From a virus (taxonomy: Duplodnaviria; Heunggongvirae; Uroviricota; Caudoviricetes), in IMG/VR virus record IMGVR_UViG_3300028571_000011: a stretch of 64,000 nt of DNA. One strand, 5' to 3'. Made by a program: the position numbers and the translations under genes. This document shows, piece after piece, positions 23,086-32,391 of the stretch (within the stretch, counting starts at the first letter, position 1; every line of letters starts with the position of its first letter). The notes under the pieces were generated by a model. That model was not told the DNA's origin. It made no database searches and was given only the letters and a program-made list of their open reading frames with translations.

Positions 23086-25473
23086 TCAAATCGTGACCTT
23101 CGCTTCCTTCATGTCGACCTTGCAGGAGAAAGACTGACCACCAAAGGTCAGGTCGAGGCTGTTGTCGTCGAGGCTGGGGAACTCTTTGAACCATGAGTTG
23201 CCAACTACGACAGCGAACAAGCTCTGCGCCTTCTGGAAGATCAAGTCACGGACCTTGTTCTTCTGTGCGGTAGCTTCCTTCTCAAGGATGACCAGAGCTT
23301 CCTCATCGGTCTTGCCGCTGATGAGGTTGTCCGTCTTCGTGACGAAGGGAGCCATGATACCAACACTGGCCGTCAGTGCCTTGCCTGCAGCCATCTTGGT
23401 CTTGACGTCCTTCAGCGTTGGGAGCGCCGACAAGCCCGACAGAGACACAGCCATCTCCTTGGACATGTAGAAGTCCGTGGCCTCGGCCTGAACAGACTTG
23501 GGAGCGAAGCCGCTGTACTCCGTGAAGCCAGCCGCCTTCAACCAAGCAGCACCGTCGTCACCATAGAGACTGGCGAAGCCCTCGCTCTTCTTGCCCTCAG
23601 GCTTCTTCTCCTTGATGTAGGAGTTGAAGACCTTCTGTGCCGCCTTCGCCTTCGTCAGGTCGTACTCAGCAGTGAACAACTCCTTTGCCGAGTTGCTCTT
23701 GACCATCAGAGCGTTGATGACAGGAAGCTTGCTCATGTTGATGAGCACTTCGTCAGGCTGGAATTTGCCAGCGACGAGCTTGCCCTTCGCAGTGAACACG
23801 CCAGCTTCAAGCTTGCCTTCCTTGACGAGGCTGGTCAGCTTGTCGATCGTTGCAGCCGACAGGATGGTTGGCAGCACTTCGACGTTGACGAGACCATCCT
23901 TCACAACTGCATAGTTGCGGAAGATGAAGGTATCCATCTCGGAAGGCACTGCTGCAGGCTTGTCCTTCCTGTCCGACAAGTCGACCTTGCCTTCTTTGCG
24001 GACAAGAATGGACACGTTGGGGCGCTCTTCATTGTACGTCAGGTTTGCTACAGGGTAACCAGCTGCAGCCTTGGCGGTGTCTTCGACGAAGGCCAAAGCT
24101 CCGGGCTTGTTGGCGATGGCGTCAATCTGAGCAGTGATCTTCTTGACCTCAGCAAGGTCACGAAGGCCAGCGAGCTTCTCGGTCAGAAGCTCAATCTGGT
24201 CCTGTTCATCGGACGTCAGGATCGTGTTGCTGTCGACACGGCTGCGGCCAATCTTGTTGTACTGGAACGCCTCGTGGTTCAGCAGCACACGGTTGTCGTC
24301 ATCCGAAGCCAGAAGCTTCAACATGTCAAGCACAGTGAACGCGTCGTCAGCAGGCACACGGCTGGAGTCCCAACCCTTGGCCCAACGACCCTGACCGAAG
24401 GCAGCCTTCTTCGTCGAGTCCATGAACTCGGAGTACGCCTGCTTGCCGAAGCAGTTTGTGAACTGCTCAATCATCGCAACGTCACCAGATGCCTTGAGCA
24501 GCGGCCTGACAATCTCAGGCTTCATACGCGTCACGAACAACGACGTAGCTGCGTAGACGGCAGCTACAAGCTCGTTGTTGAGCACGTGGCCACCGTTGGC
24601 AGCGGTACGAGTGCAGAACTCAGCGTAGCTCGCTTCACCATCCGCCAGCACCTCAAGACCAACCTTCGCTGGCGTGAGGAACCAAATGGTACCCGTGTCC
24701 TCTGGGACAGAGATCTTGCCCGCATCGATGGCGAATGTATTGATGCTTCCGTTGTCAACGGTGAACGCGATGCCACCGATGAAGTCAGCATTGGGGAGCT
24801 TCACTTCGAGCTTCTTCGACCCCATCGGACGACGAGCAAGAGCAGCCTCGATGTTCGCAGCATAGGACTGGAAGTCTTTGGAGTGAACAACGGAACCACC
24901 AGCCTTCTCAGCCATCTTCGTCAGAAGAGGACGGTTGGCGTAGTAGCCGTACTCGACGAAGACGACGCTGGAGACCACAGCACCGGCCTTGGCCGAAGCA
25001 GCGAGGATGTCAGCCTCGGACCAGCAGTTGTCACCACCGTCTGTCATGAACGCCAGATTCATTGCCATGTTGGCGTTGGCCTTCGACAAACGACCAACGA
25101 TGTTGGCAACTTCGTCAAGGGGCTCTTTGAAAGCCGTCATGCCGACAGGCCGCAACCAACGGTCGATCTTCTCGTTGACGGTCTTGAGGTCGGCGAGGGT
25201 TCCGATCTTCTCACCTTCCATCAAGGTACCGAACTGAGTGCGGCCAGAGAACCACACGATGGTGACTGTGTCGTTCTCCTTCACAGAGGACTTGAGCTTG
25301 CTCTTCAGGTGCTCACGTACCTTGACTAGCTCACCGGACATTGAACCAGAGACGTCAACCACCAAGATGTGGTTGCAGTCCTTCTCGGTCTGCACAATGG
25401 TGGCAGACACTCCTTTGTCGATTGTGTGGTTCGCGATGTATAGGTTGTTGTTGATTTTGTACGAGGTATTCAC
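23086..25473 (-). CDS. large vWA-domain protein (N-terminal von Willebrand A domain, ~550-aa C-terminal region of unknown function)
   Basis: MIDAS DVSGSMSG and FMTDGGDN; GTG start at 25473 with an AGGAGA RBS (ORF 23086..25683). Confidence 0.65.
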   Translation of the reverse strand: MNTSYKINNNLYIANHTIDKGVSATIVQTEKDCNHILVVDVSGSMSGELVKVREHLKSKLKSSVKENDTVTIVWFSGRTQFGTLMEGEKIGTLADLKTVNEKIDRWLRPVGMTAFKEPLDEVANIVGRLSKANANMAMNLAFMTDGGDNCWSEADILAASAKAGAVVSSVVFVEYGYYANRPLLTKMAEKAGGSVVHSKDFQSYAANIEAALARRPMGSKKLEVKLPNADFIGGIAFTVDNGSINTFAIDAGKISVPEDTGTIWFLTPAKVGLEVLADGEASYAEFCTRTAANGGHVLNNELVAAVYAATSLFVTRMKPEIVRPLLKASGDVAMIEQFTNCFGKQAYSEFMDSTKKAAFGQGRWAKGWDSSRVPADDAFTVLDMLKLLASDDDNRVLLNHEAFQYNKIGRSRVDSNTILTSDEQDQIELLTEKLAGLRDLAEVKKITAQIDAIANKPGALAFVEDTAKAAAGYPVANLTYNEERPNVSILVRKEGKVDLSDRKDKPAAVPSEMDTFIFRNYAVVKDGLVNVEVLPTILSAATIDKLTSLVKEGKLEAGVFTAKGKLVAGKFQPDEVLINMSKLPVINALMVKSNSAKELFTAEYDLTKAKAAQKVFNSYIKEKKPEGKKSEGFASLYGDDGAAWLKAAGFTEYSGFAPKSVQAEATDFYMSKEMAVSLSGLSALPTLKDVKTKMAAGKALTASVGIMAPFVTKTDNLISGKTDEEALVILEKEATAQKNKVRDLIFQKAQSLFAVVVGNSWFKEFPSLDDNSLDLTFGGQSFSCKVDMKEAKVTI

Positions 25474-25555
25474 GTTATCTCCTAGGTGCCGTTTTTGGCA
25501 TTCAGAGAATAACACAGCACGTTGCCGTCTGCCACCGTTGATTGCACCCTGAGCT

Positions 25556-27004
25556 ATGACCACCATCCGAGCCAATGCTAAGAAGCGTATTGATTTCTCT
25601 CTGCCGAAGATGGTGCAGAATGAAGACGCCTTCCTATGGATTGTGATTAACGCCTTGGGTCTTGAGCGCATTTGTAATTTCAATCTTGGTAGCTCTACAT
25701 GGACGCTAAAGGCGGGGGGTCAGGACAAAGCCGTCACGGTCGATAATCTCCTTGAAGGTCTTAAGAACGAGCTATCGGCCAACTCGATTATTGACCCATA
25801 CATCCCTTGGCTTGCAACCAGACTCAACAAAGGTAGTTACCTACCGAGGCTGCTGTTCGGTGACCTCGCAAGAAAGTTCAGGTCCATCTGCATTTGGGCT
25901 AAGGAAACCAAGACTGACTTGAACAAGCTGAGCTTGGAAGAGACTCTAGAGCAGTCGAAGGATTACACCACCAATGCAGCCCGTAAGGGCAAGGAAGACT
26001 CTGACGCCAATCCAGTGGTGTACACCTTTGCCAATGGTCATAAGGTAGTTGAACTCAAGACGGAAGAAGCCCTCAAACGTGAGGGCGATGTCATGAAGCA
26101 CTGCGTGGGCAACTACTGTGATGCAGTAAAAGTAGGTGAGTCAGTCATCTACTCACTAAGAACTCCTGATAACAAACCACTGGTCACGATAGAATACAAC
26201 ACTGAGGACGAAGCAATCAAGCAGGTATTTGGTCCTGCAAATGCAGACCCGGTACCTGAAGCAAAAGTTCTGACGTTGGAGTTTCTGAAGAAGAAGTTTC
26301 CAAAGGATATCGAGTTCATCTTTAAGATGGGTGGCACCGTTGGTGACACCGACATCGATGTGTCTAATGTGGAATCCTTGCCGAGAAAGACGAGGCAGGC
26401 ACTCGCGAGGTCGCGCCAGACACCGGCTCCGTTGCTGGAGAAACTGGCTAGCGACCAAGACATTGTAGTGAGGCTACGCGTAGCCTCCAACAGTGGGGCA
26501 CCACCTGCATTGCTTGAGAAGCTGTCTCTCAGCGACGACTACGACGCGGACACGAGAGAAGCAGTAGCAGACAACACAAGCTGCCCTGTGCCTGTGCTTG
26601 AAAGACTAGCGAAAGACCCGGACTACGAAGTCAGAAGAGCAGTCGCCAGAAACCACACCACGCCTGACTCCATTTTGGAAGACTTGACCGACGACGAGCA
26701 TAAGCTCGTGCGAGTCACGATTGCAAGGAACAACGCCAAGGCTCTTCCAGATTCTATACTGGAGAAGTTAGCGCGAGACGACAACTCATTTGTCCGTATC
26801 GGTGTAGCCGAGAGGCGTGGAACACCGAAGCATATCTTGACTATGCTGGAACAAGATACCGACACGATGGTCAGCTTCGCCGCCGACCGTGGCCTGCAGC
26901 GAATCTCCGACAACGAGAGTGAGAAGCTGACCGCCTCTCACCGGATGGAGATTGCATTGTCACTGCGGGCTGCAGCGAATGCCCTCAGTGCAGCCAAGCG
27001 GTGA
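25556..27004 (+). CDS. protein with an N-terminal HCVGNYC domain and C-terminal leucine-rich-repeat-variant (LRV/HEAT-like) repeats
   Basis: MKHCVGNYCDAVKVGESVIYSLRTPDNKPLV shared with 38354..40645; repeats ..LLEKLA.D.D..VR..VA.N. Confidence 0.6.
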   Translation: MTTIRANAKKRIDFSLPKMVQNEDAFLWIVINALGLERICNFNLGSSTWTLKAGGQDKAVTVDNLLEGLKNELSANSIIDPYIPWLATRLNKGSYLPRLLFGDLARKFRSICIWAKETKTDLNKLSLEETLEQSKDYTTNAARKGKEDSDANPVVYTFANGHKVVELKTEEALKREGDVMKHCVGNYCDAVKVGESVIYSLRTPDNKPLVTIEYNTEDEAIKQVFGPANADPVPEAKVLTLEFLKKKFPKDIEFIFKMGGTVGDTDIDVSNVESLPRKTRQALARSRQTPAPLLEKLASDQDIVVRLRVASNSGAPPALLEKLSLSDDYDADTREAVADNTSCPVPVLERLAKDPDYEVRRAVARNHTTPDSILEDLTDDEHKLVRVTIARNNAKALPDSILEKLARDDNSFVRIGVAERRGTPKHILTMLEQDTDTMVSFAADRGLQRISDNESEKLTASHRMEIALSLRAAANALSAAKR

Positions 27005-27238
27005 CTTACATAACAAGCAGCCTGATCTGGATCTGAAGATCAGACTTGCGTCTGAATGGGGGTCGGGCTACATACGTTCTGTAGCCAGCCACTCAGGCAG
27101 CACACAGGACTTCCCAATGACCACCACGACTCGTAACCAGTGCCAGCAGCAACGCCAATCTCAGGGCGTGACGCAGCACTTTACGTGCTCGTGGCGACTC
27201 TCCTTCGAGCATCAACAGCATTGTTGCTGAGATCTTGA

Positions 27239-27309
27239 AGGAGGGGTACAGGGTACGGATTGGTCTCCAAAACCGATCTTGAAGGGTTCGAGTCCCCTTC
27301 CTCCTGCCA
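27239..27309 (+). tRNA. tRNA-Trp(CCA), short D-arm
   Basis: AGGAGGG/TCCTCCT; anticodon stem TTGGT/ACCGA; loop CTCCAAA; T-loop TTCGAGT; CCA. Confidence 0.45.
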
Positions 27310-27378
27310 CAAAGCGTCACGCCCCAAACCAAAATGGGCGTTTAGCTTACCTCAAAACAAAGCTGACCGCCCCTTCGC

Positions 27379-27453
27379 TGGGGTGTCGTTTAACTGGTAG
27401 GACAATGGACTTTGATTCCATTTATCTGGGTTCAACCCCCAGCGCCCCGTCCA
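27379..27453 (+). tRNA. tRNA-Gln(TTG)
   Basis: TGGGGTG/CGCCCCG; anticodon stem ATGGA/TCCAT; loop CTTTGAT; CCA. Confidence 0.7.
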
Positions 27454-27493
27454 CTTGTTTTCAAAACCGAATAGATAGTTGTTTAGTGCACGG

Positions 27494-27569
27494 TGTGGTG
27501 TAGCTCAATTGGTAGAGCGTCAGATTCTGATTCTGAATGTCGTAGGTTCGATCCCTGCCACCACAACCA
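27494..27569 (+). tRNA. tRNA-Gln(CTG)
   Basis: TGTGGTG/CACCACA; anticodon stem TCAGA/TCTGA; loop TTCTGAT; CCA. Confidence 0.8.
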
Positions 27570-27594
27570 AAGCAAGCTAGGCGATATGGAATGT

Positions 27595-27670
27595 GGTAGC
27601 CGTGGCAGAGAGGTTATGCACTGGATTGTGGATCCGGGCTACGCCCGTTCGAATCGGGTCGGCTACACCA
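27595..27670 (+). tRNA. tRNA-His(GTG) with an encoded G-1
   Basis: G+GTAGCCG/CGGCTAC; anticodon stem CTGGA/TCCGG; loop TTGTGGA; CCA. Confidence 0.7.
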
Positions 27671-27727
27671 AACTCGTCGAGGCACTAAACATTGGTCAAT
27701 GTGCCTCTTCCTATGTCACCCTGATAC

Positions 27728-28486
27728 ATGAAGCCGAACATGCGCTCCGACAACCGATATACAAAAGAGATTCTTGAAGAATCAGTGAAGAGAAATGAGA
27801 CATGGGCAGGTGTCATTCGTGACCTGAAAGGAACCGGCAGCCACGGCGGTGGTCTACATGCGCATCTGAGGGGCAGAGCGGAGGCTATGGGTATTGACTA
27901 TAGTCACTTCAAGGGGCGTAGCTGGAGTAGGGGGACACCAAGTCCAAAGCGGGTCGGAGCAGAGGATATTCTTAAAAGGCAGCATGGCGAGCGCTTGAAG
28001 CCTCCCGCTACACACTACCTGAGAAAATCCTTACTGGAGATTGGTGTACCACATCGATGTTCACTTGAAGGCTGTCCAGTGGGAACAACGTGGAACAGTA
28101 AAGAGTTGGTGTTGCAGGTCGATCACATCAACGGTGATAAGTTTGATTGTCGGGCAGAAAATCTGCGGTTCATTTGCCCAAACTGCCACTCTCAAACCTC
28201 GAACTGGGGTATAAAGAATAGCAAAGGCTACAACATCGAACCGACTATCTGCCAAGGGTGCAGCCGAGAAACGAAAGAAAGAGGGTCGACACGATGTGCG
28301 TCGTGTGCTCAGAAGGAGGCCAGCAAGACAAGAGCAGCAAATCAAGAACGAATTAGCTGGCCTTCAATCGAACAGTTACAGAGTATGATGACTACCATGT
28401 CGATGGTGGCGATTTCAAAGCAACTCGGCTGTTCAGACAACGCTGTCAGGAAGTTTATGAAGAAGAAAGGCGCATGGGTAAAGTAA
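27728..28486 (+). CDS. HNH endonuclease
   Basis: LQVDHINGDKFDCRAENLRFICPNCHSQ. Confidence 0.65.
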   Translation: MKPNMRSDNRYTKEILEESVKRNETWAGVIRDLKGTGSHGGGLHAHLRGRAEAMGIDYSHFKGRSWSRGTPSPKRVGAEDILKRQHGERLKPPATHYLRKSLLEIGVPHRCSLEGCPVGTTWNSKELVLQVDHINGDKFDCRAENLRFICPNCHSQTSNWGIKNSKGYNIEPTICQGCSRETKERGSTRCASCAQKEASKTRAANQERISWPSIEQLQSMMTTMSMVAISKQLGCSDNAVRKFMKKKGAWVK

Positions 28487-28501
28487 GGTCATGGACTCGT
28501 A

Positions 28502-28576
28502 GACTCGGTAGCTGAGATGGATTAGCGCCATGCTGAAAACATGGTTAGGCAGGTTCGATACCTGTCCGAGTCACCA
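28502..28576 (+). tRNA. tRNA-Phe(GAA)
   Basis: GACTCGG/CCGAGTC; anticodon stem CCATG/CATGG; loop CTGAAAA; CCA. Confidence 0.85.
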
Positions 28577-28669
28577 CACCACGCTGAGATATCTCAGCAT
28601 AGTGCTTCCGTAGAAACTTTCTAATAGCATTGTCAGACACACCTTCGAAAGTTACGTAAGTTACCACTT

Positions 28670-28743
28670 GTCGTCGTACCAAAGAGGCTATGGAACGGTC
28701 TGCAAAACCGAATACGCTGGTTCAAATCCAGTCGACGACTCCA
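28670..28743 (+). tRNA. tRNA-Cys(GCA)
   Basis: GTCGTCG/CGACGAC; anticodon loop CTGCAAA; T-arm GCTGG TTCAAAT CCAGT; CCA. Confidence 0.7.
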
Positions 28744-28762
28744 CTCAAAGAGAAGCTCCCAT

Positions 28763-30130
28763 ATGGGAGCTTCTCGCTTTTGTGATGGCACTCTTACGGG
28801 CGAGGTCACAATGTCATCAAGACCAACAGTATCAGCCATCGATGGGAACGCACTTAAAGAATGGTGCGAATCCGAAGCAAGCTACTCTGTCCTGAATGAA
28901 ACAGAGTCAGCTGACGGAACGTGGATGGCAGGTGGCTGCTCCGTACTTGCTTTGGCCCTCAAGAAGCTGGTGCCAGCGGGCGACGTAGTAGGTATCAACA
29001 ACCAGAACGGTGACACGCAGCACGTCGGCCTCCAGATCGGTGGCGATGTCTTCGATGCTGAGGGTGCACATAGCATCCAATCATGGCTGACAGATTGGCT
29101 TGACTACGAGATGCTTGATCCGTCAGGTCATGAGGTTGTCCTCTGGAAAGACATTACCCTACCGGGTCCCGCCTCAAAAGCTGATGTGAGCTTGGTTGCT
29201 GACGCATTGAGAACAACCTTATCGTCATCAACAGTATCAGCTATGTCACAGAAGCACTTTGAAACTCCAGCGTTCAAGGCATGGTTCCGCAATTCCAAAG
29301 TAGTTGACGAGAAAGGGAAACCGCTCGTTGTGTTTCATGGAACCAACGATGGTGGCTTCACCATCTTCGACAAGCGGCAGATCAAGAAGGGGGAGTACGG
29401 CTTCTTCTTCACCGACGACGACCGCATGGCCTCCACATACAGCAAGTCCAGTGAAGACGCTCTCCCAGAGGACTACACCTCAGTTGAGGAGTTCATTGAG
29501 GAGGATGGTAAGAATGGTAGCTCTTACGATGTTGGTGTGAAGTACTACGCCGTCGCCGACAAGGAGGAGCAGGAAGGTAGTCATGACCACATCAGCTACT
29601 ACAAGTCGATCTATGACCTGAAGGATGACTGGGACATTGACCCCAACAACGAGGAGTTGGACACTGGCAAGGTCTACCTGCTTCAGACCCACGGCAAGAC
29701 TGTCGGCACATTCGACAGCGCCAACAAAGAGGACATGGGCAAGCTACTGGAGTTGCTGAACAAGGACCTGCGCAAGCGGCCTCTGAAGACGGAGGGCGGC
29801 ATGTACAGCGTGTACCTCCGAATGGAGAACCCCTACGAGGTGGACGCCGAGAACTCATCTTGGGATGAGATTCAGCTGATGGAAGAAGATGAAGACGGTA
29901 ACAAGGTTCGAGGGCCTTACGTGTCAACACGAGACATCGTCCGTGAAGCTCTGGACATGGATTGCGATGGTGCCATCATCCGCAACGTCTACGACAATGG
30001 CCCCCATGGGTCTGGGGGCCATCTAGCTGACGTGTATGTCGTGTTCGATGCGAAGCAGATCAAGTCCGTCAGGAACAAGGGATCCTACGACGACAAGCAC
30101 GAAGACATCCGGGCGTCACAACGTCAGTGA
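28763..30130 (+). CDS. hypothetical protein (455 aa; start uncertain, possible ATG at 28811)
   Basis: long ORF directly after tRNA-Cys. Confidence 0.5.
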   Translation: MGASRFCDGTLTGEVTMSSRPTVSAIDGNALKEWCESEASYSVLNETESADGTWMAGGCSVLALALKKLVPAGDVVGINNQNGDTQHVGLQIGGDVFDAEGAHSIQSWLTDWLDYEMLDPSGHEVVLWKDITLPGPASKADVSLVADALRTTLSSSTVSAMSQKHFETPAFKAWFRNSKVVDEKGKPLVVFHGTNDGGFTIFDKRQIKKGEYGFFFTDDDRMASTYSKSSEDALPEDYTSVEEFIEEDGKNGSSYDVGVKYYAVADKEEQEGSHDHISYYKSIYDLKDDWDIDPNNEELDTGKVYLLQTHGKTVGTFDSANKEDMGKLLELLNKDLRKRPLKTEGGMYSVYLRMENPYEVDAENSSWDEIQLMEEDEDGNKVRGPYVSTRDIVREALDMDCDGAIIRNVYDNGPHGSGGHLADVYVVFDAKQIKSVRNKGSYDDKHEDIRASQRQ

Positions 30131-30432
30131 AACCCGACGCGAAGCTCCCAACCACTGGGGAGGTCGATGATGTCGACTTCGTTGCATCCGAAGGCAGTAC
30201 AGCTCTCGGCCCAGAACGGGCAGCGGTAGTCTGGTGGGAAGATGGCAATCCACTCCATGTCATCCTGTGATGACAAGCTCCACGACTTCATGCAGGCAGG
30301 CACCTTCGAGGAGTGCCATACAGTAGCAGACTCAATCGAGTAGCCACCATTGCGGATGAACTCGTCCACTGCCTTCAACGCGTATTGCCGAAGCTCGGCT
30401 TCATGTGTCTCATCAGTTCCATCAGTCACAGC
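30124..30432 (-). CDS. hypothetical Cys-containing small protein (start uncertain)
   Basis: C-terminal part MKSWSL...CPFWAESCTAFGC with an AAGGTG RBS before the ATG at 30290. Confidence 0.3.
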   Translation of the reverse strand, partial: AVTDGTDETHEAELRQYALKAVDEFIRNGGYSIESATVWHSSKVPACMKSWSLSSQDDMEWIAIFPPDYRCPFWAESCTAFGCNEVDIIDLPSGWELRVGFH

Positions 30433-30859
30433 CACCACCTCCACCGCTGTCACAACTACCACCGCTGTCGCACGACGATGACGAACTTGAATCGCTGCTG
30501 GAGTCGCACGACGAGTTTGAGTTATACGACGGCGACGCGTCAGCAAACATCATCGCTGCCCAAGTAGTCGTATCAACTGACGTGTCCACAGTCGGCGATG
30601 ACGATGGGTACGACGTTGGACGCTCGTGATGAATGTCAGTGCTACGATGACCAGTGCTACGAGTTCCAGAGGAGCTAGCCATCAGGAGGCGCTTCCCGAT
30701 GTTCGCCTCGAACATCAACTTCGTTCGGTCTTTGGCACGCTCAAGCTCTCGCTTGGCTTGGTCTCGCTTGTCAAACCACTCGTAGACTGTCGGTCCAAAC
30801 AGGACCACAGCGAGGAAGGCAGCCACAAGCACGTAGAAGAGAATCTCACCAGCTGTCAT
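30422..30859 (-). CDS. membrane-anchored protein with a Ser/Cys/Gly/Asp-rich low-complexity C-terminal tail
   Basis: N-terminal TM helix ILFYVLVAAFLAVVLF; tail SSCDSSSDSSSSSSCDSGGSCDSGGGGGCD. Confidence 0.45.
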   Translation of the reverse strand: MTAGEILFYVLVAAFLAVVLFGPTVYEWFDKRDQAKRELERAKDRTKLMFEANIGKRLLMASSSGTRSTGHRSTDIHHERPTSYPSSSPTVDTSVDTTTWAAMMFADASPSYNSNSSCDSSSDSSSSSSCDSGGSCDSGGGGGCD

Positions 30860-31491
30860 TCTTTCACCTCAATAACCTTGAACTTCTTCGACTTGGCCTT
30901 TTTGACCATGTCGGCTGTACCAGCACCACCGGGAAAAGCAATCACAAAATCGCGCTCTGGATTCATCATGGCCAGCATCTGGCTGTTGCGGATGGGACCA
31001 GCGGCCTTGCCATCCTTGTTCCAGTCTGCGGGACAAGCGATCACCGTCAAGCCAACGTCGGTTGCCCACTCGTCAGCAAGCGAGTCAGCACCACGAGCAT
31101 TGCCGTGAATGATGACAGCGCCTTGAGGAACATGAGTGTCCAAGATGCGATCAGCTAGTGCACGGTCGTCGAAGTCTCTGCCGCCACATACTAGAACTCG
31201 GATGCTGCCAGCCTGAATTGGCGCTGGAAAGTACTTGTCGAGCACGTTGCTGATACGCTTCGCCACAAGGTCCAAGTCAGTCTGCTTGGAGTTGAGGGAT
31301 GACAGCGTCTTCATCATACAAGCGTATAGGTCAGGTGCAGCTGCAATCATCCGGGCGTTCGCGTTCCTCTCCACTGAATGGACGTCAGTGGACAAGGTGC
31401 AGATATCACCCGGCCTGCCAGCTGGCATCACCGATACAGCAATACCATTGTCTGAGAATACGGTCCAAGGACCAACTGTATGTTGACTCAT
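30856..31491 (-). CDS. SLOG/LOG-like Rossmann-fold protein (DUF2493/DprA-like C-terminal domain)
   Basis: VLVCGGRDF and FPGGAGTADMV motifs resemble the LOG/SLOG family GGGxG...PGGxGT. Confidence 0.5.
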   Translation of the reverse strand: MSQHTVGPWTVFSDNGIAVSVMPAGRPGDICTLSTDVHSVERNANARMIAAAPDLYACMMKTLSSLNSKQTDLDLVAKRISNVLDKYFPAPIQAGSIRVLVCGGRDFDDRALADRILDTHVPQGAVIIHGNARGADSLADEWATDVGLTVIACPADWNKDGKAAGPIRNSQMLAMMNPERDFVIAFPGGAGTADMVKKAKSKKFKVIEVKE

Positions 31492-32036
31492 TTCTTGACT
31501 CCCGCTTTTAGCAGTTCAGCGATGCCCAACATGCTTGCGGCATGGGCTCGCAAAGCGTGCTCATCTTGGTCGGCCTCCGACAGGTGCTGGCTGACTTGCT
31601 CCAAGCAGCGCAAAGCAGCCTTGGCAACTGCGTAGTATGAAGTATCATTTGCTTGGAATGGGGATGATGCCATCTCAACTGTTGAAGGCGCAATCAATGA
31701 GTTCACAGCCCTCACGAACATGACGTTAAAGATGTGGCTGCGGTCAGCTTCATTCATGCGCATGACGATGCGGTTGGCCTCAGTGAGGAGTGCACATGCC
31801 TCATTCAGACGTTGGAATGCCGTGTTCTCCATCTCTGCAGGAGTTGCACCACCAATCACTTTCACTGACGCAACTCCTGCGACTGGGTCTTTCTTGGGAG
31901 GCGGTGGCGGTGGTAGTCTCATTTGGATATCCTTCTGGAAGTCTTTCCTGAATCGTTCTCGAACGGCTTCACGGTGGAAGTCAGGCGTTTCTCGGGTTTC
32001 ACGAGCACTACGCTGGTGTTGGAATTCAAACGTCAT
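31488..32036 (-). CDS. hypothetical protein (poly-Pro linker)
   Basis: 182 aa; overlaps the next minus-strand gene by 4 nt. Confidence 0.45.
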   Translation of the reverse strand: MTFEFQHQRSARETRETPDFHREAVRERFRKDFQKDIQMRLPPPPPPKKDPVAGVASVKVIGGATPAEMENTAFQRLNEACALLTEANRIVMRMNEADRSHIFNVMFVRAVNSLIAPSTVEMASSPFQANDTSYYAVAKAALRCLEQVSQHLSEADQDEHALRAHAASMLGIAELLKAGVKK

Positions 32037-32094
32037 GGCTTCTCAATGCCACGGCGTGACCACACAGTCAATCAGGCTTGCAGTCAATCAGTGC

Positions 32095-32123
32095 TTGACT
32101 TGTTTTGATCTGTGTGCTAAGAG
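32095..32123 (+). promoter_or_regulatory. conserved promoter cassette: -35 TTGACT, -10 TAAGAG (TGC-extended)
   Basis: GTGCTTGACTTGTTTTGATCTGTGTGCTAAGAGT; ATG at 32131. Confidence 0.5.
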
Positions 32124-32130
32124 TAACTGC

Positions 32131-32391
32131 ATGAAGTGCGTGCACTGCGGTTCGCCAGAAGAGATCATCGTCGAGACTGTTCGACACAACGGTACGCCGT
32201 TCGACAACAGCAGCTTCTGTTGCCAGCAGGCTCAGGCTGATGCCGAGAAGGAAGATGAGGCTGACCCGTACGATGACCCGGCGTACCAGAACCGAATGAT
32301 CGCCTTCGCCAAGGCGCTTGGGATGATCGATAGTGATGACACCGGCCCCGGCGACCTGCCCAACAGCCTGAACCCTTTCGACGAAGGTTGA
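32131..32391 (+). CDS. small Cys-containing protein
   Basis: ATG 8 nt after the -10; 86 aa. Confidence 0.45.
   Translation: MKCVHCGSPEEIIVETVRHNGTPFDNSSFCCQQAQADAEKEDEADPYDDPAYQNRMIAFAKALGMIDSDDTGPGDLPNSLNPFDEG

Noticed and set aside
24274-25329. 351-aa + ORF inside the vWA gene; 4018..4842 (-) opposite the macro domain gene; 52828..54531 (-) opposite cca; 7069..7836 (-) and 47047..48090 (-)
   Set aside because: Long antisense frames opposite genes with recognisable domains or a consistent same-strand operon structure. They have no RBS or start context and a skewed composition.
27231-27300. Direct repeat GATCTTGAAGG flanking the tRNA-Trp body, as a possible att core or insertion footprint
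   Set aside because: Only 11 nt and the second copy is part of the T-arm. More likely coincidental overlap with the tRNA sequence.
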